From: Bugula neritina | Taxonomy: Eukaryota; Animalia; Bryozoa | Assembly: GCA_964035545.1 (NCBI GenBank) | Contig: OZ037769.1 | Location: forward strand, 5,003,929-5,067,928 | DNA length: 64,000 nt | Reading direction: 5' to 3' | Shown here: positions 1 to 22,908 of the stretch, one piece after another | Layout: each line of letters begins with the position of its first letter | Position numbering within the stretch: position 1 is the first letter of the stretch | Translations under genes and position numbers: made by a program | The notes under the pieces: model-generated | What the model saw: the letters and a program-made list of their open reading frames with translations, nothing else | Databases searched by the model: none | What the model was told of the DNA's origin: nothing

Positions 1-3000
1 AGTGATGGTCTCGACATTTGTTTGTAGAGTTCGAACCTGTAAAAAACATAGTCAAAAATATGAACAATAATGTAGCAAAACAACACTATCTCAATCATAA
101 ACCGGACTACCAAAACATTTGCTAAAAACTAGAATGTCTGCATTCAATTATGAATAGAAGGAAACAGATATTATTTAGCGGAAATTCATATGTTGTTGTG
201 TTCAATTGCTGATGGTTCTAGCAGGGTGATTAGAGTATGACATTGTAGCACCAGTTACGAGTTAGCACCAAAATTTCACAAAACAATTAAATCATTAGCA
301 CTAACATCGAAAGATAAGAACTTAAGAAAGTACAAAATAGATAAAATTAGCTTGTATGATCTAATAGCTGAAAATATTTTGGAAACAAAACAACAAAGAT
401 GGCATGAGTAAACATTATGCAATACAACAAAATAGAATGGCAGTGAGATGGCGACTTGAAGCTGGAAGATAAAGGCTGCATGCCAAGTAAAATGACTATA
501 GCAAGCACAGTATGGTACGTAAATATTTGCTAGCTGTAGTGGTTAGCAATGAGAAAGGAAAAAAAACGCTTTCAAGGAATTATAATATATAAACTTTTAT
601 AATAACTACATAATTTAATATATACATATTATATTTCAAGTATTGCTGGGGTGTAAAAAAAAGAAATTTGTTTAGACTGATAGCCAAATCTAACTGAATT
701 AAGTGACAACTGCTTGTACTGTTGCATTAGCTCAGGACTACTTTTAGCATGAGTAATGCAAGGGAGATAACTACAGAGTAAGTATACACGCAGGTAAACA
801 TAGCATTAGAACATACAGCATTTGGGAGTTGTTAGTAGCTGCAGGTTATAGTCGTACATTATAATGGATAAGCTGAGCAATAAAGAAAGCTCTACCCCAT
901 ACCATGCAGTAAAGACATGTTCATGGTTTTACATGTGGGCTGGCAATTTTATCAAACAAGAAATAGACTTGAAGCAAAGAGCAACCTTTAATATTCTACC
1001 TAACCAACAGTTTCAAAAGGGGATAACTAGGGGTTAGCCAAAATAATAATTTTTTTTAGTGTGTTATTTTAAATGTGTTAGATTATGAAAGGGTTTTTAC
1101 AAGCAATCTTATACCTTTCGTTTCAATCGATCAATAGTTCTAGTGTTACTGATTGATTGATTCATTTGACGAATCTAAAACAAGTGGTGAAAAATTAATA
1201 AGGCAAGTGAACGAACAAGGAAGTGGTGCTTAATATGCTTGCACTTACTCGGGAGTTGATGTTATTGGCTCTGTTACCCAAATTAGTGATCTGAAAACAG
1301 CAAAAGTATGATCATGATACAACAATGTATAGTATTTAAAGCTGTTGCAGGGCACACCAGCTGCAATGTGCATAATATATTAGTACAGGAGTCAGGGGAC
1401 ACAACTACTTATAACGATATATTAACCAGAAGGTGATGAATACTGATATTATATTTACTTTGGTACATGATTTATAGCACATAGACATAATATAATATAT
1501 TATACATATAATATATATTATACATCCCACATAATAATATATAAGCATGATTTGTAATATTTAATCTAATCATTATTGTTACCTATAGCCTTATAAACAT
1601 ATTATAGCATATAATATAAGTTATATAACATAATATTATAAATGCATAAAATGTTGTAACGTTACTATGCATGTTAATATCTTTAGCCAATACTTTCCAC
1701 ATATGTTAATGAAGATTTAATAGTTTTTCTTACCTGCAATCAGCTTTATTAGCTTGAAGTCATCTAACATAGTATTTTATATAACATTGGATCAACACAA
1801 TAAATCAAACAACTTTTTAGGAAATAATAATTCATGGATTACAACCATTCAGTTGATGGGACTTTACTTTAATCCCAGACGGGTTGAGGGGCATGAACCC
1901 CATAAATCAAATTTTATAACTCAAAATCTACTAGCGAAACTTTATTTACTAGCAAAGCCCTTTTACTATTACTGAACTACTTCAGTGTTCACCGGATTTA
2001 CACTTGAAAAGTATGCAAGAAGTTAATGAAAAAAAAACTGAAAAACTCAGTTTTTTTCCCTTTTAGAAATTTTGAAGGGAGCTTTACACTGTTTGGTAAT
2101 GAGGTATCATAATTTCAACATATAACAGTATACTCTGACTCTACTTACTAACTACAAACTTGAGAAACTGTAACAATTGTATACTTTAAAAGTTTTAGAA
2201 TACATAATCAACTGTGAACACTCCGTTATCATAAGATAGTATAACAAGCATCTGCATATTTTACCTGCTGTGTATGATTCCCCAGCAGAGAGTTGGCTTC
2301 AGTAAACTGGTCAGCTACAGTGATTTTGTAGAGGTCTAAGTCTCTCCCCTGTTGGACCACTTGATCCTATAACATATACAAATCAATAAGTATGCATTCT
2401 TTCAACTTTCGAAGTATAAGTACTAGAAATTGGGATTAACAGCAAAGGCTGTAGCAAAGTACACTGCAAACTGTTAGAAAAGAGAGCATGTGGAACTCAG
2501 TCTTTCTGGAAAATCGCTATGATAATTCAGACGATAATTTCATGCAGACTATATGTAAAAAGTAGCCATATGTCAAATGAGAACTTTAGCCACCTTCAGC
2601 AAAGTAAATAAATGGTACACCGAAATATCTTAAGCCATTAAAAACTGCTAAATTCAATAACCATATATAAAAAGTGAAATGCTAGCATTTATTAGCTTGG
2701 CAATTTTACATCATAAGACTGCACAAATGGTTGAGAAGATAACTTCTATATAAAAGTCAGTTTGAGTTTAGTTGTAGAATGACAAACATACAGACAACCT
2801 GTAGCAAGTACTTGCAGTTGAATCAGCTGTAAAGTAGCAGCTGATGTCTATTGACACCATGTTGACACATAAGATGCAGCAGAAACAACGGTTAAACAGA
2901 AATACTAGATGTTTCAGTAATGCTACACGCATCTTGTGGTAAAAACTGTTTTATTAAACCTTAAAATTCACTTGTCATTCATCAAGTCTCTTGATAATCT

Positions 3001-6000
3001 AATTATTCAATTACAAGGTGAGCTACTCAGTTCTACTAAACTAAACTTGTTAGTAGCTTAGCTTCAGTTCTACATTTTCATAAACCCTTTCTGTATTTCA
3101 CAATATGGCTCAGTGCAAAATGAGAATAACATGTGTGGGTACAATACTAAAAAAGAAAGCTAACAACATACAATTTTTATCACTGTGAATTTACTATTAT
3201 CTATACTAATATTTAACATTATTTACAGAACTGGGAGCTATGTCACACATATGTGAATTAGCTGAGTATTTTATTACTTATTTTGGTTTGGAGTGGTAAT
3301 AAAACAGCCTGAATTTAGACATCACAAATGAGTGTTAAATCTCAGGCTCTTCTAAATCCACTAAACTTGCCTCCTACATACAAGTGTTTCCATCAATACT
3401 GTTTCATGTAATTCTGGCAGCTTATTTAGTTGTTTCAAGCACAAGGAAAAACTTGAGAAAGTAGGTTGCCATGTTTATTTATTTCTGACTTGAATGTAGG
3501 AGGTAAAAAAGCGTTCACTAATCTTTCAGGAGCTGACAATCACTAGTTAATATATTATACAACTAAAAAGATTACTAGGCTGAGAAATTCTCACACATGT
3601 TGTGACTTGCCAAATCAAGTTTCACAAAAAGTTTTGCTTACTAGTTGAAGTTGCAATAATTAAAACCTGTCCCACCAGATTCCTGCTTATTAGAAAGTAC
3701 ACAAAATATGCTGCGGTTAGTGCACAATGCTGACAGTATTTTCAGGCTCTAAAGTGAAGTTAATACTAGGGTTCAAAGACCCTAGAATAAATGGTCTGTT
3801 AAACACATGTGCAAGTGGTTGTCTTTGCCAGTCCTGCTGTTAGATGCATGCTAGTATAATGATTAACAGGGGGGAGGATCCCAACACACTGGCACTGAGT
3901 GGCAGAGAGGTTAAAGGTTAAACCTCAATACTCCACTTCAAATCGCACTCAGTTGCATTTTTATATAACTTTGCTGATATGCTCTTGTGACCAAAACAAC
4001 CCCATTTGATGTAGTAATGAACATTTTGGTTGGAATAGTTGGAATTCTTTCAGTTTGGTGGTAAATTTCAAGTGTTGATACAGGTAGAACATGAAGCTGA
4101 GATAGATTAGCTCTAGTAACTAAAATGATTAAGCCAATGACTGTAAAATTGACTAATAGTGTAGGTTAGTATATAATGTATATAATGGTGGATTAGTGGT
4201 GTATTATGACTCTTGTATTGTTATACATGACTCTGTTGTTTAAAGTGTCTAGAAAAAAAGTGACCCATTAAATGGGAACTAACAAGTTCTCCATTAAGCA
4301 AGAGACATAAGATGTATTTGTGGGCCATATGACAAATATACCAAATTTCAATAAAGACCATTGGTGATGTTAGGAAGGGAATTCAGTTATAATTGCTCCT
4401 CTGCCATATCAGAAAACAAGTCCTTACAAAAATCCTTTCCACCAGGGATTCTCTCGGGGATGGTGACTTTAAACCCATTCGAGTTTTTATATATCTAATA
4501 CATATGATTGTGCAAGTACTGTTGGTATACAGTGTAAATAGTCATGCATATTATGAGCAGGCGCTTAAAATCTATGTGCAATATGTGAAGACTTGTCAAT
4601 CAAAAATATTTTTGTAATTTAAATTTTTTGCTTTATCTATTAAACCTTTTAGCACAAATTGAAGATCAACCATTTATTGAAAAACTAACTACAAGAAGCC
4701 AGCAATTTCTTCTTAGAATATATCTGTCATAAGTCTATCATACGTTGGTTCAGTCTAAATGTAACAGAAAGTTGTCTCTGCTTTTGCCTTTAAATAGGTA
4801 TTAAATATTTTTCTCACATTTTAAAAAGGGGTGTATTTTTGAGGTTATCATTATTTAAACTTTTATAGCATGATAGTTACATTTTGTTTATTTGTCCATT
4901 TATATAAAAATATGGTCAACTTGAGTGACTCTAGCCTACAAGCAAACCCCTACAATTAATCTGGTTACACTCCCTTTCCTTCCCAGCAACCACTAGTGCC
5001 CCCTCCCCATTCTCCCTCTCCTATGTTATCACCAATCACCTTATCTTTATAGCTGTCAAGGGGTGTATAAAACGCAGTAAGAGTAGGTGGGAGCTCTTAG
5101 AGAGATATAGAAGCTGTTGTTGAGTGCCACTCACAGATTACTCGTACCAGATTTATAGTCATGTACCATCTCATGCCTTTAGCCAAGCTACTGGTGATAA
5201 TTACATCACTGAGTTACAAGATAACTTGAACTCACATATGTTTGCAATATAGCTACTGTTGTATAACCAAATTCACAACTATTTTGGATGCAATTTCGTC
5301 ACCGGCACCACATTCAACAAAAATAAACTTGGAACATGTGCACTCAATTTCAGTCAATAAATTTTGGAAGTTTATAGACAATACAGTTACTTAACAGCAG
5401 ATTCACTTTTTATATTTCTCAGCTAAAATGTATTCAACTTCCACTTCTATAAGGGAACCCTAAAATAACTGTATTTTGTAATCGATACTCTAAATAATTT
5501 ACATATATTCACTGAGAAAAAGTTTCTAAAATATTTGCATATTTGAACTTGCACATATTTGTAGGAATGCTGATTGCCAATTTTTGATTATTAACATTAA
5601 AAGGATTACTTAATCTATTACACTGCCAGAGTAGTAATATATTTCAAGCTCAAGCAGTATCATTGTATCAGTAAGTAAATTAGTTTTACATGCAGTATAA
5701 AAATATAAAGGCAGCCATATTTAAAAATGAGTTTTGCATGCTAGCTTGTCTCCTTCAGTGACTAGTGATATACTAGTCTAGTAGTTGGTATAGCTAGCAG
5801 TCACTCTATTGCACTCAAGGCAGATACTGTTTGCTAATGAATTCAGTGAAACTATTTAATTAAAGCCATTCACTCACTCAAAAGCCTCCTAGTGCTAAAA
5901 ACTACTACTACAATTATATAATAAATATGGTAATTGGTAAAAGCGGACTTACAGGAATTCCCTCTAAGCTCTGAAGTTTGGTCTGGTGGAGATCAACCTA

Positions 6001-9000
6001 AAAATAGAATGTGGTGATCATCAAGCGGAGTACAGTAACACTGATGACAGAACATAGAGATATCTGGAGCAACAAGCTTTCAAAAGAGCTGCAGGAATGA
6101 TTTAATGGATTCTCCAGCAGTTAGATAAGATCAAACTGACATCTCATGAAAATCGAGGCATCAGGCTATGTATGGTGCAACACAGAATGTCACCACTAAT
6201 TTATATGAAGTTTTCAGTACAGCATAATAATATATTTCCACTGTAATAGAATAAGCATGTGATAACTATAAGATATTACATAACTTTGTCCAAAGTGGCA
6301 GCAACAGCAAGTATATTCAGTGTTTACTTTAAATTTTAGCAATTATTGGTCTAGCTTCTGGTAATGGTTTTAAACTGTTTATTTCTTACACCATGTGACA
6401 ATTACTGCACATGTGACTGTCACTTACTGCAAACTATAGGAAATCAAATACCTGATTTATATATCATAGGTTTCAGTTTATGCCAAAATTGGGGGTTGTT
6501 ATAAAAATATGATATCATGGCTCTTAGCCCAATTCACTATCTAGATAGCTTTGAATTGCATGCGGTATTTGAGAAAATAGGAAATGAGATGGGTCAACAC
6601 TAACAAACACTTGTAAAGAAACATGATACATAATCCTAATTTAAAACTTGTAAATGGTATGCATGGGGACCTTTTTGGCATCACCAGTATCAATTATTAG
6701 AAATAGCGTCTGAAAAGGTTACCCACAGTTGACCACAGCTACAGACATAGAGTTAGTGTCAAGTCAGTACGCAATAAAAGAAGGAAAGTCTACCTGGGTG
6801 GTTGGTATGATCAGCTGATGGAGGGAGAGCCCTCTGTTTAATCATCATAATATATGTTAATATAAATTTAAAGACTAGTAATAGAAAGGAAAGGCGTGCT
6901 AATATGATATATTCTTTGACTCTAACGCAATATTATGGCTGACAAAGTGGAGTGCATTGAACTGATTATCATCCATCATTGAGATTTTAAGAGATTGGAA
7001 AGCTTACGCACAGAACGGATGGAAATGTTTGCCATCTACGAGATCAGTGAAGCGAAAAGAGCAATGTTTGCAGACGGTGGTAGTTGTACTAATCTCCAGC
7101 TGTATAACTGAGTTTTGGCAAACAGATGACGCAGAAGTTATATTTTTTATAATAGCACATTTATAAACCAGACCGTGATTATAAGAGTGAAATTGAAGGT
7201 AATAACAGTGATTACAATAGAAAATTATAATCAAACTATAAATGGGCACTCTTGTTTCTCTATAGATAGCATACTATGTGTTGCATATCCCTTAGTTGAG
7301 AGGTCATTTGTCTTTTAAATTCAACAATTTGTAGACATTAACCAACAATGACCAAAATGACCAGCAAATTGTATGTTTTACGAGAAAAATTTGACAAGAC
7401 ACTTAATTTTCTTTAAAATCTGCAGCTAACACTGTATTAGACAAAGAGCGCAGAGTTTGAAATGTTACAGATGAACGAATGAGATAGTCAGGGCAGATAG
7501 AAGCTGCATCCATATGGAAACACTAGATGAGTCTAATAAAGACTAGATTTGTAGACCGAATATTAACCTTTTGTGACATGGTTTTGATGTCTGTGCCATC
7601 TATGTTCACTGATCCACCAGATGAGGACTGGAAAGATATGTTGTGATTGGCACCAGTCTGGAACACAAGGTGTCCGTCTGTGGTAACTATTCTAGGTCTG
7701 AAATAGACAATAATATTTACCAAATCTCTATTTACTAATCAATAAATTATATAATAACATCACAAAACTCTTCATATGATCAGATTTAGGCTTATCTGCT
7801 TGAGGGGAACTTATTCCATGTATGATGAACAGTGAACAGTAGATAAAGCTTTAACTGGACACCAAGAATGTGTAACATTATAACCAGTACTAACCATTAC
7901 CACTTGGTGATTAGTACACATACTAATTAGAAGATAGCAAAGTTCCTTCCTAAATTTTGAACAAATTTAAAGGCTTTACACAATCAACAGGCACTTGGCA
8001 CGTCTGCATTGCCAACATAATTTTTATGCAATATAGATTTCCTAAAATAGTCATTCTAAGCTAGTTTAGTAGAGTCTTGTAACCGTTCAAGTAATTCTAT
8101 TTTTAATGAAGAACAGTAATTTTACAGGGCTACAATGAGCTTTACAATAATGTAGTGAAGCTACCTGTACCACAGCCAGTAGATTAGTAATATTAGGATA
8201 ATTAATATGACACAAGATTACTGAAATAATTGAAGCCTGAGGCGTGTGATTGTGAGTTTCAGGGATATTATACCAACTCTGTCATTTCTCACAGATTTAT
8301 TGCACAGCAGATTGTATAACTGAATGAATTAAGCAAGTAGATTGGACATGTCATATCAGGGTTTAGAATAAGTAAGTTAGGTATTGCAAGGGCACACTTC
8401 TTTAGTGTAAAAATAGAAGCAACTTTCTCTAAATGCAAATTTAATTAAGTGTCATTTCATTTTCTAATATTTCATTATACTAATGCTAAAATTTATACAC
8501 TACTGCAGCCTTTAATAATGCCAAGTGACATTATTAATACTATCTCATAACCCTGTAGTTTGGTGAGGGTAACAAGTGACTAATAATCACAACTCAAATA
8601 TATTTTAGCATGCTCTTAGTGTGACAATGGCTACTGAGGTCGTCCCGAAAATTGCATTATCTTGTGAGAGTTGTTGGGGACAGATAATATTATTATTGTA
8701 TCATAACTCATAAGAAACATCATCCCAAAGTAGTAGAATTTCTTCTAATCTTTTCATTATAGTTTATGTTTCTAGTAATTAGTATTATACAATTATCAAA
8801 TAATGTTAAACTAATATTAAATAATTATATGTTTACCATAATATATTACCATATTGATAATAATATTACATCACTATCATAATTATTATTGTTTAAATAT
8901 ACAATAAATGTATTATCATAAATGTGATGTTAGTGCCCATTCTTCTCACTATAAACTCAATATTTATAATTATTTCAATATTTATAATAATTATTATATT

Positions 9001-9253
9001 AAAGAGAAAGCAAAGAGAAAGAAACACAAATGCCACTTGGATGGATTTGTGCACGTATAATATTATTAGTTACAAGTATTATCGTGATCGTCGTAGAACC
9101 AGTTGATTTACTATAAATCTATAATTGATTATTGGTTATTGATACTCACTGCTGAGGAGGTGTCCCAGGGCTTTGTCGCTTGACTCTGTTATTGCCAGTC
9201 GTAAGGGATAGACAGCAGCTAGCCATTACAATAAATAGTTTGTGTAAATGCAT
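1..9253 (-). CDS. CUBN: Cubilin, 5' portion: signal peptide, furin site, N-terminal amnionless-binding region and coiled coil. Continues beyond the left edge. Exons 9150-9253, 7568-7697, 5953-5997, 2265-2366, 1249-1290, 1115-1174, 1-36 (open).
   Basis: Spliced translation MHLHKLFIVMASCCLSLTTGNNRVKRQSPGTPPQQPRIVTTDGHLVFQTGANHNISFQSSSGGSVNIDG... resembles the cubilin N-terminus (human RQKR furin site followed by [23 protein letters not shown]). All junctions are GT-AG and in frame. The small downstream exons are supported only by splice signals and frame. Confidence 0.85.
4352..4474 (+). mobile_element. tRNA-derived SINE family copy (head lost), in a cubilin intron
   Basis: Shares CCATTGGTGATGTTAGGAAGGG...TAATTGCTCCT...GGGATGGTGACTTTAAAC with the copies at 33425 and 63300. 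Confidence 0.75.
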
Positions 9254-11351
9254 TGTATCTAGTTGTCACTAATATCGCCAAGGAAGCAGTCAAAATATAT
9301 GTTGCATCTTCACTCTGCTCCTTCGGCTTTAATGAAATCAAGTTGCACAAACACCGCGTCTGGATTTTGGAATTGAAACGGCGAGTTCAAAAGGTCATCA
9401 ATCATAATACTAATTTGTCGTGGAGAAATCCGTTGGCCAATGAAATTGTTTACAGCACGTGTATTGTTTTTCAAACAAACTAACTAATGTTGCATAAACA
9501 CGATACTGTAGATTGTAGAAGCAAGACTTATAAACTATTTTCAAGTAGATTAGTCACGTTGAGGGCAATAGTACTGGAAAACATTTTATTCAAGTAATAA
9601 TTGGCATCGTTTTATAAGCTCAAATAGCAAAACGCAGCCAGTTGACTTACTTCAACTTGAGTGTAAGAAGATCCTTAGAAATAGAAAACCTGCAAGTCCA
9701 ATTACAAACAAGTGAAATAGGAGACACAATATAAGGATATAAATGATGCACGCAGCAACATTTAATAAGCAATAGCTAAACAATCTAATACTAGCTGAGT
9801 AAATAAATAGAATGCTAAATTGTTGTCAAATCTTTAAATGTTTATCTGAGCTGGTAACCTTTTGCTATGACTTATGAACAGTTTACACAGTAGATTCTAT
9901 TGTCCCTTCATACACTTGTACTATGACATGAGCTTTGCGTGGTGACATGTTGAAGGCTGCTAGCAGGTACCCACTAGTAAGACGCAGGAAATAACTCAAT
10001 AAAGGTGCAATAAACCCTAAAATTGAGATGCAAAATAGTCTGGATATGTAGCTTACCATGATATACTTTAGTACATCACACTTAGCTACCATCTTAAATC
10101 AGTTACTTCCTTAACTTGATTATTGTAAAGTTTCAAGAGAAGATAATTTCCAAAACAAATATAAGAGCAAAAATGACAGGATATACAGTACGTAGTCATA
10201 TATATCATAAATGATATCCTTCAATTCATTCTGATCCCTGATCTGCATAGCCAATCTAGCATATAGCACTTATCTTAAAACCTAATAAACTAAATCTCAA
10301 CAGTTAAGTGAAATATCGTAGATAATACGAAACTTATTTATATAAAAGCAAACCAACCTAGTGCTGCAAGCCTCTATGAAGTAGGCTATTAAAGAGCTGT
10401 ATAACAATTTAATAGCATGATGGTTGCAATATTTTATCTTGATATCCAAAAGAGGTCACAATAATTATAATGAGAAAAACTGCTATTATCATTGCAATGG
10501 CAGGATAGATTGTAAATATATTTATAGCGTAATAATTTGCAATAGAATTTAAAGCTGATAAATAGATTTATAATGATTCTGTTAGACAACTCGACCACAA
10601 ATCTGTAAATAAAGTTATTGATGATATATTCAGACCAGCTGAGTATATTGTAAGATCATAGAGTTATCTCCCTTAAAATAACTCTGAATAAAAATATTTG
10701 AATAAATTGGTCTAAGCATATTCAAATTGTATACAATCTATCAAAAACTGTATAAAGACTAATAAAGCTACTATAGCTTTATGGGCCGCATTAACTTGCA
10801 AGACTACTGATCAAATGCTGTAAAAAGAAAACTAGGACTTGCATGAGTCTCATTTTCTATTTTTGTAATGCTTTTTAAGCAGCATTTTTGCTGCCTCAAT
10901 AAAAACATTCTGTCAGCGTTTACTCATGGGTAGCTTGCTGGTGTAGAACATTTTATTTCTTTAGTATTTCTTTTGTATTTATATTGTCTCATGCTACACA
11001 TCTCTACAGAAATTAGAGTATTTTATGCAAACTGATACATAGCTGAGATAGAAGTATTTGTCGACATTGACTGATAAAACAGAGTAGGTGAGACAGAGGT
11101 ATGGTCTCCACTGACTTCTATAGCAAAATTTTGAAATTACCAACTTGTTTAATCGCTCAAAGAGATAATTAACTGCTAGTAACTCTACAGCTGCTAAAGT
11201 TATAAAACGCTTTCATTTCGATAGTTCAGCAAACAGGGAATTATCGAGACGTGTCTAGACTTGTCCCTGAGCAGGTAGTAAACGTAGCTTGAGCTCCTTA
11301 GACTCAGTATGATTGACTGAAGAAGTGAAAGTAATAGTCCCTTGTTCTACA

Positions 11352-11423
11352 GTCCCTGTGGTGTAGTGGTTAGTGCACCTGCTTGTGAGCTGGATGTCCC
11401 AGGTTCGAATCCCAGTGAGAGCA
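11352..11423 (+). pseudogene. tRNA-like sequence (tRNA pseudogene or SINE head; GTG at the anticodon position)
   Basis: A box TGGTGTAGTGG and B box GGTTCGAATCC at tRNA spacing. Acceptor and anticodon stems are imperfect. Confidence 0.6.
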
Positions 11424-11667
11424 ATGGGTTTATACTCATAGTTCCTGCTTTTACAACCATCTTGCAAAAATAAAGCTTACTTTTTGCAAGATTAGCTGTT
11501 TCTGTATTACCTATCTATGCAGTTGTTGTAGTTCTCAGACTTGTCTTGCTCTGAAATAGCAAATATATTGGCATTGAATGAAAACATACTGGCCTATAAT
11601 TATCTGAATATTTTCATCCAAATACGTTAAAAAACATTGAATCAAATTAACCACTTTAAAAATTATG

Positions 11668-12196
11668 GTTGCAGCAAGTGTGCTAACCATTACACTACGG
11701 TGGGGGGGGGTGGGGGGGGGGGAGGGGGGAGGCTTCGAGATTCCAAACAACATCCTACCCAGTACTCTCCAGAACTGCACTGGCCCCCACATACTCTCTC
11801 AGTTCATGGGCTCCACTCGCCACTTAACGTCCTAAGAGTACTTCCAAAACACAAGGCCGAAATAGCTTGTAAAATAATTGCTTCCGAATTGCAAGCGGCG
11901 CGCTAACCAATTACACCACAGGGGCTGTTGGGTTAACTCAACGCTACATCCCACCCAGTTCTCTAAACTCCACTGGCCTCTCTACTACTCTTTCACTCCT
12001 TCCGGTCATCAGGCTCCCCTGGCCTCTCAAGTCTCAACTCTCTTAGAGTACTATACTACTACACTTCACTAAAGGCCGAAATAGCTTGAAAGATTATTGC
12101 CCCCCACCGGGAGTCGAACCACGGACCTACGTCTTGCAAGCAGGCGTGCTAACCAATTACACCACAAGGGCTGGTGGGTTAACTCATCACTACATG
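11668..12196 (-). repeat. Degenerate tandem array (~220-246 bp period) of tRNA-like units; best-preserved tRNA-like copy at 12099-12171
   Basis: GCTAACCA(A)TTACAC recurs at 11682, 11902 and 12148, with shared flanks AAGGCCGAAATAGCTTG and GGGTTAACTCA. The minus-strand copy reads GCCCTTGTGGTGTAATTGGTTAGCAC...GGTTCGACTCCCGGTGGGGGGC. Confidence 0.65.
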
Positions 12197-13153
12197 TATC
12201 CTGAAATTTCAAATTATTCTTAATATTTAATTTTTCCTAAAGAAGTTTTTACAAAAACTTATAATTAAATTTGTACCATGTTGATTAAAACTGGTAGCGC
12301 GCTTTATAATTGAGTCTTTTCTTTATTGCAACTCTGTTCGTTGGCATATGCTATTCCTTTACCAATGTTTGCCAGGTTGTGTTTTTTGCCGAGATTTCCT
12401 TGTATTATATTAAGGCATGACTCACTTTTTCATATAAATTATTGCAAGTCCATACAGCTGCATACATGAAATATAATAAAGAATGCCTTCTAAACATAAA
12501 TCTTAAATTCTCCCTCAACTCACTTTGAAGTTTTAATCAGAAACTACAATAATGGTCAAAATATCAAATATTTGGTGTTCATCACCATGTTGATGCACTC
12601 AATTTCATTTTCTATGATTTACATAAATGACATACATTAGTTCTATTTAATGTTAACAAGGGAAAATTTTGGCATTAAAACAAATGCGAATTTCTTTACT
12701 AAGGAAAAATTAATCCTAGTTTTTTAAAAATATATCATCCTTATGTTAAATATTCCAACTCAACATACGCCATAATAATAAAATTTGACAAAAAATCAAT
12801 TTTGTCATAACTTTAGCTTTACTTTGAGCTATGATACATATAAAGAAGGGAGAGGGTGGGGTATCAATCATTAAGTGAAACTATTGAAATAGCATAACCA
12901 AGGATGTTGCATGTGGTATTTATTTAGACTGCTATAATGAAATAATAGGTCATCACAAACGTTGATGTCAATCATTTTATTAAATATATTAAAAACACAG
13001 ACTATAATTGCAATAAGGCATCAGTTTGCATGAAATAGTAGAATATCATGACAGGAAATATGTATAAATACTTGTACTACACGTTATGATCACATAACAA
13101 TCTTGTAAGGCATTGTACACTAATAGATTATTCTGATAGCAGCTACAGTTAAC

Positions 13154-22301
<9,148 letters not shown>

Positions 22302-22908
22302 ATTTTTAGAAATATGTATCTATATAAAAAAACTACTGTTAAATCTATTGTGTGCCACAAACGTCGCTTATCATTACTTGCTTTATTGAAACCGATATAC
22401 TTGAAGAAACAAACAAGCACCAAAAGCTGAAGATGGAAGCGATAAATTAACATCTAAGATACACTGGTTGCTATTGGTTGCTAACCAAGGATCATGATGT
22501 GTTCTTCTTGTTCAGTCAAATTTGACGTTTTTTATTTATGAAGAGATCAAAGAGAATAAGTCGGATGTAGCCAGACAACTGAAAATACTTGGCTCATGAA
22601 AACTACTTCATTTTATTAGCCTTTTTTCAAAACAATTAGGACGCTATCTTTTTAAGATAACTTTAAGAACCACGAAGGTATATTGACTCTTGGCGCACAG
22701 TTTACTGATGCTCTCAAATGAACACCAATAATACGTGTAGGGTTTGTAGAAGTAACACATCTTACTAGTGGAAACAAAAAGTTTAAGCGTGGTAGTGAAT
22801 CATCAGTTTGCATTTTACATCGTTCAACACTAGAAGTAGATAGCCAGTCATTATTATAATATATCTATAGATAAAATTTGAAAAAGTTTAACAAAGCACA
22901 CAGTCACA
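22302..22908. promoter_or_regulatory. Probable bidirectional promoter between IQCA1 and BCAP31, with RFX half-site-like GTTGCTA motifs at 22467 and 22477
   Basis: The two start codons are divergent and ~600 bp apart. The motif assignment is by eye only. Confidence 0.5.

Noticed and set aside
4880-5230. CCAAT/TATA-containing, LTR-like patch in a cubilin intron
   Set aside because: No definable TG...CA ends, TSD or second copy in the window.
11352-12171. Functional tRNA-His or tRNA-Cys genes
   Set aside because: Acceptor, anticodon and T stems are mispaired and the anticodon positions disagree between related copies; kept only as tRNA-like sequences.
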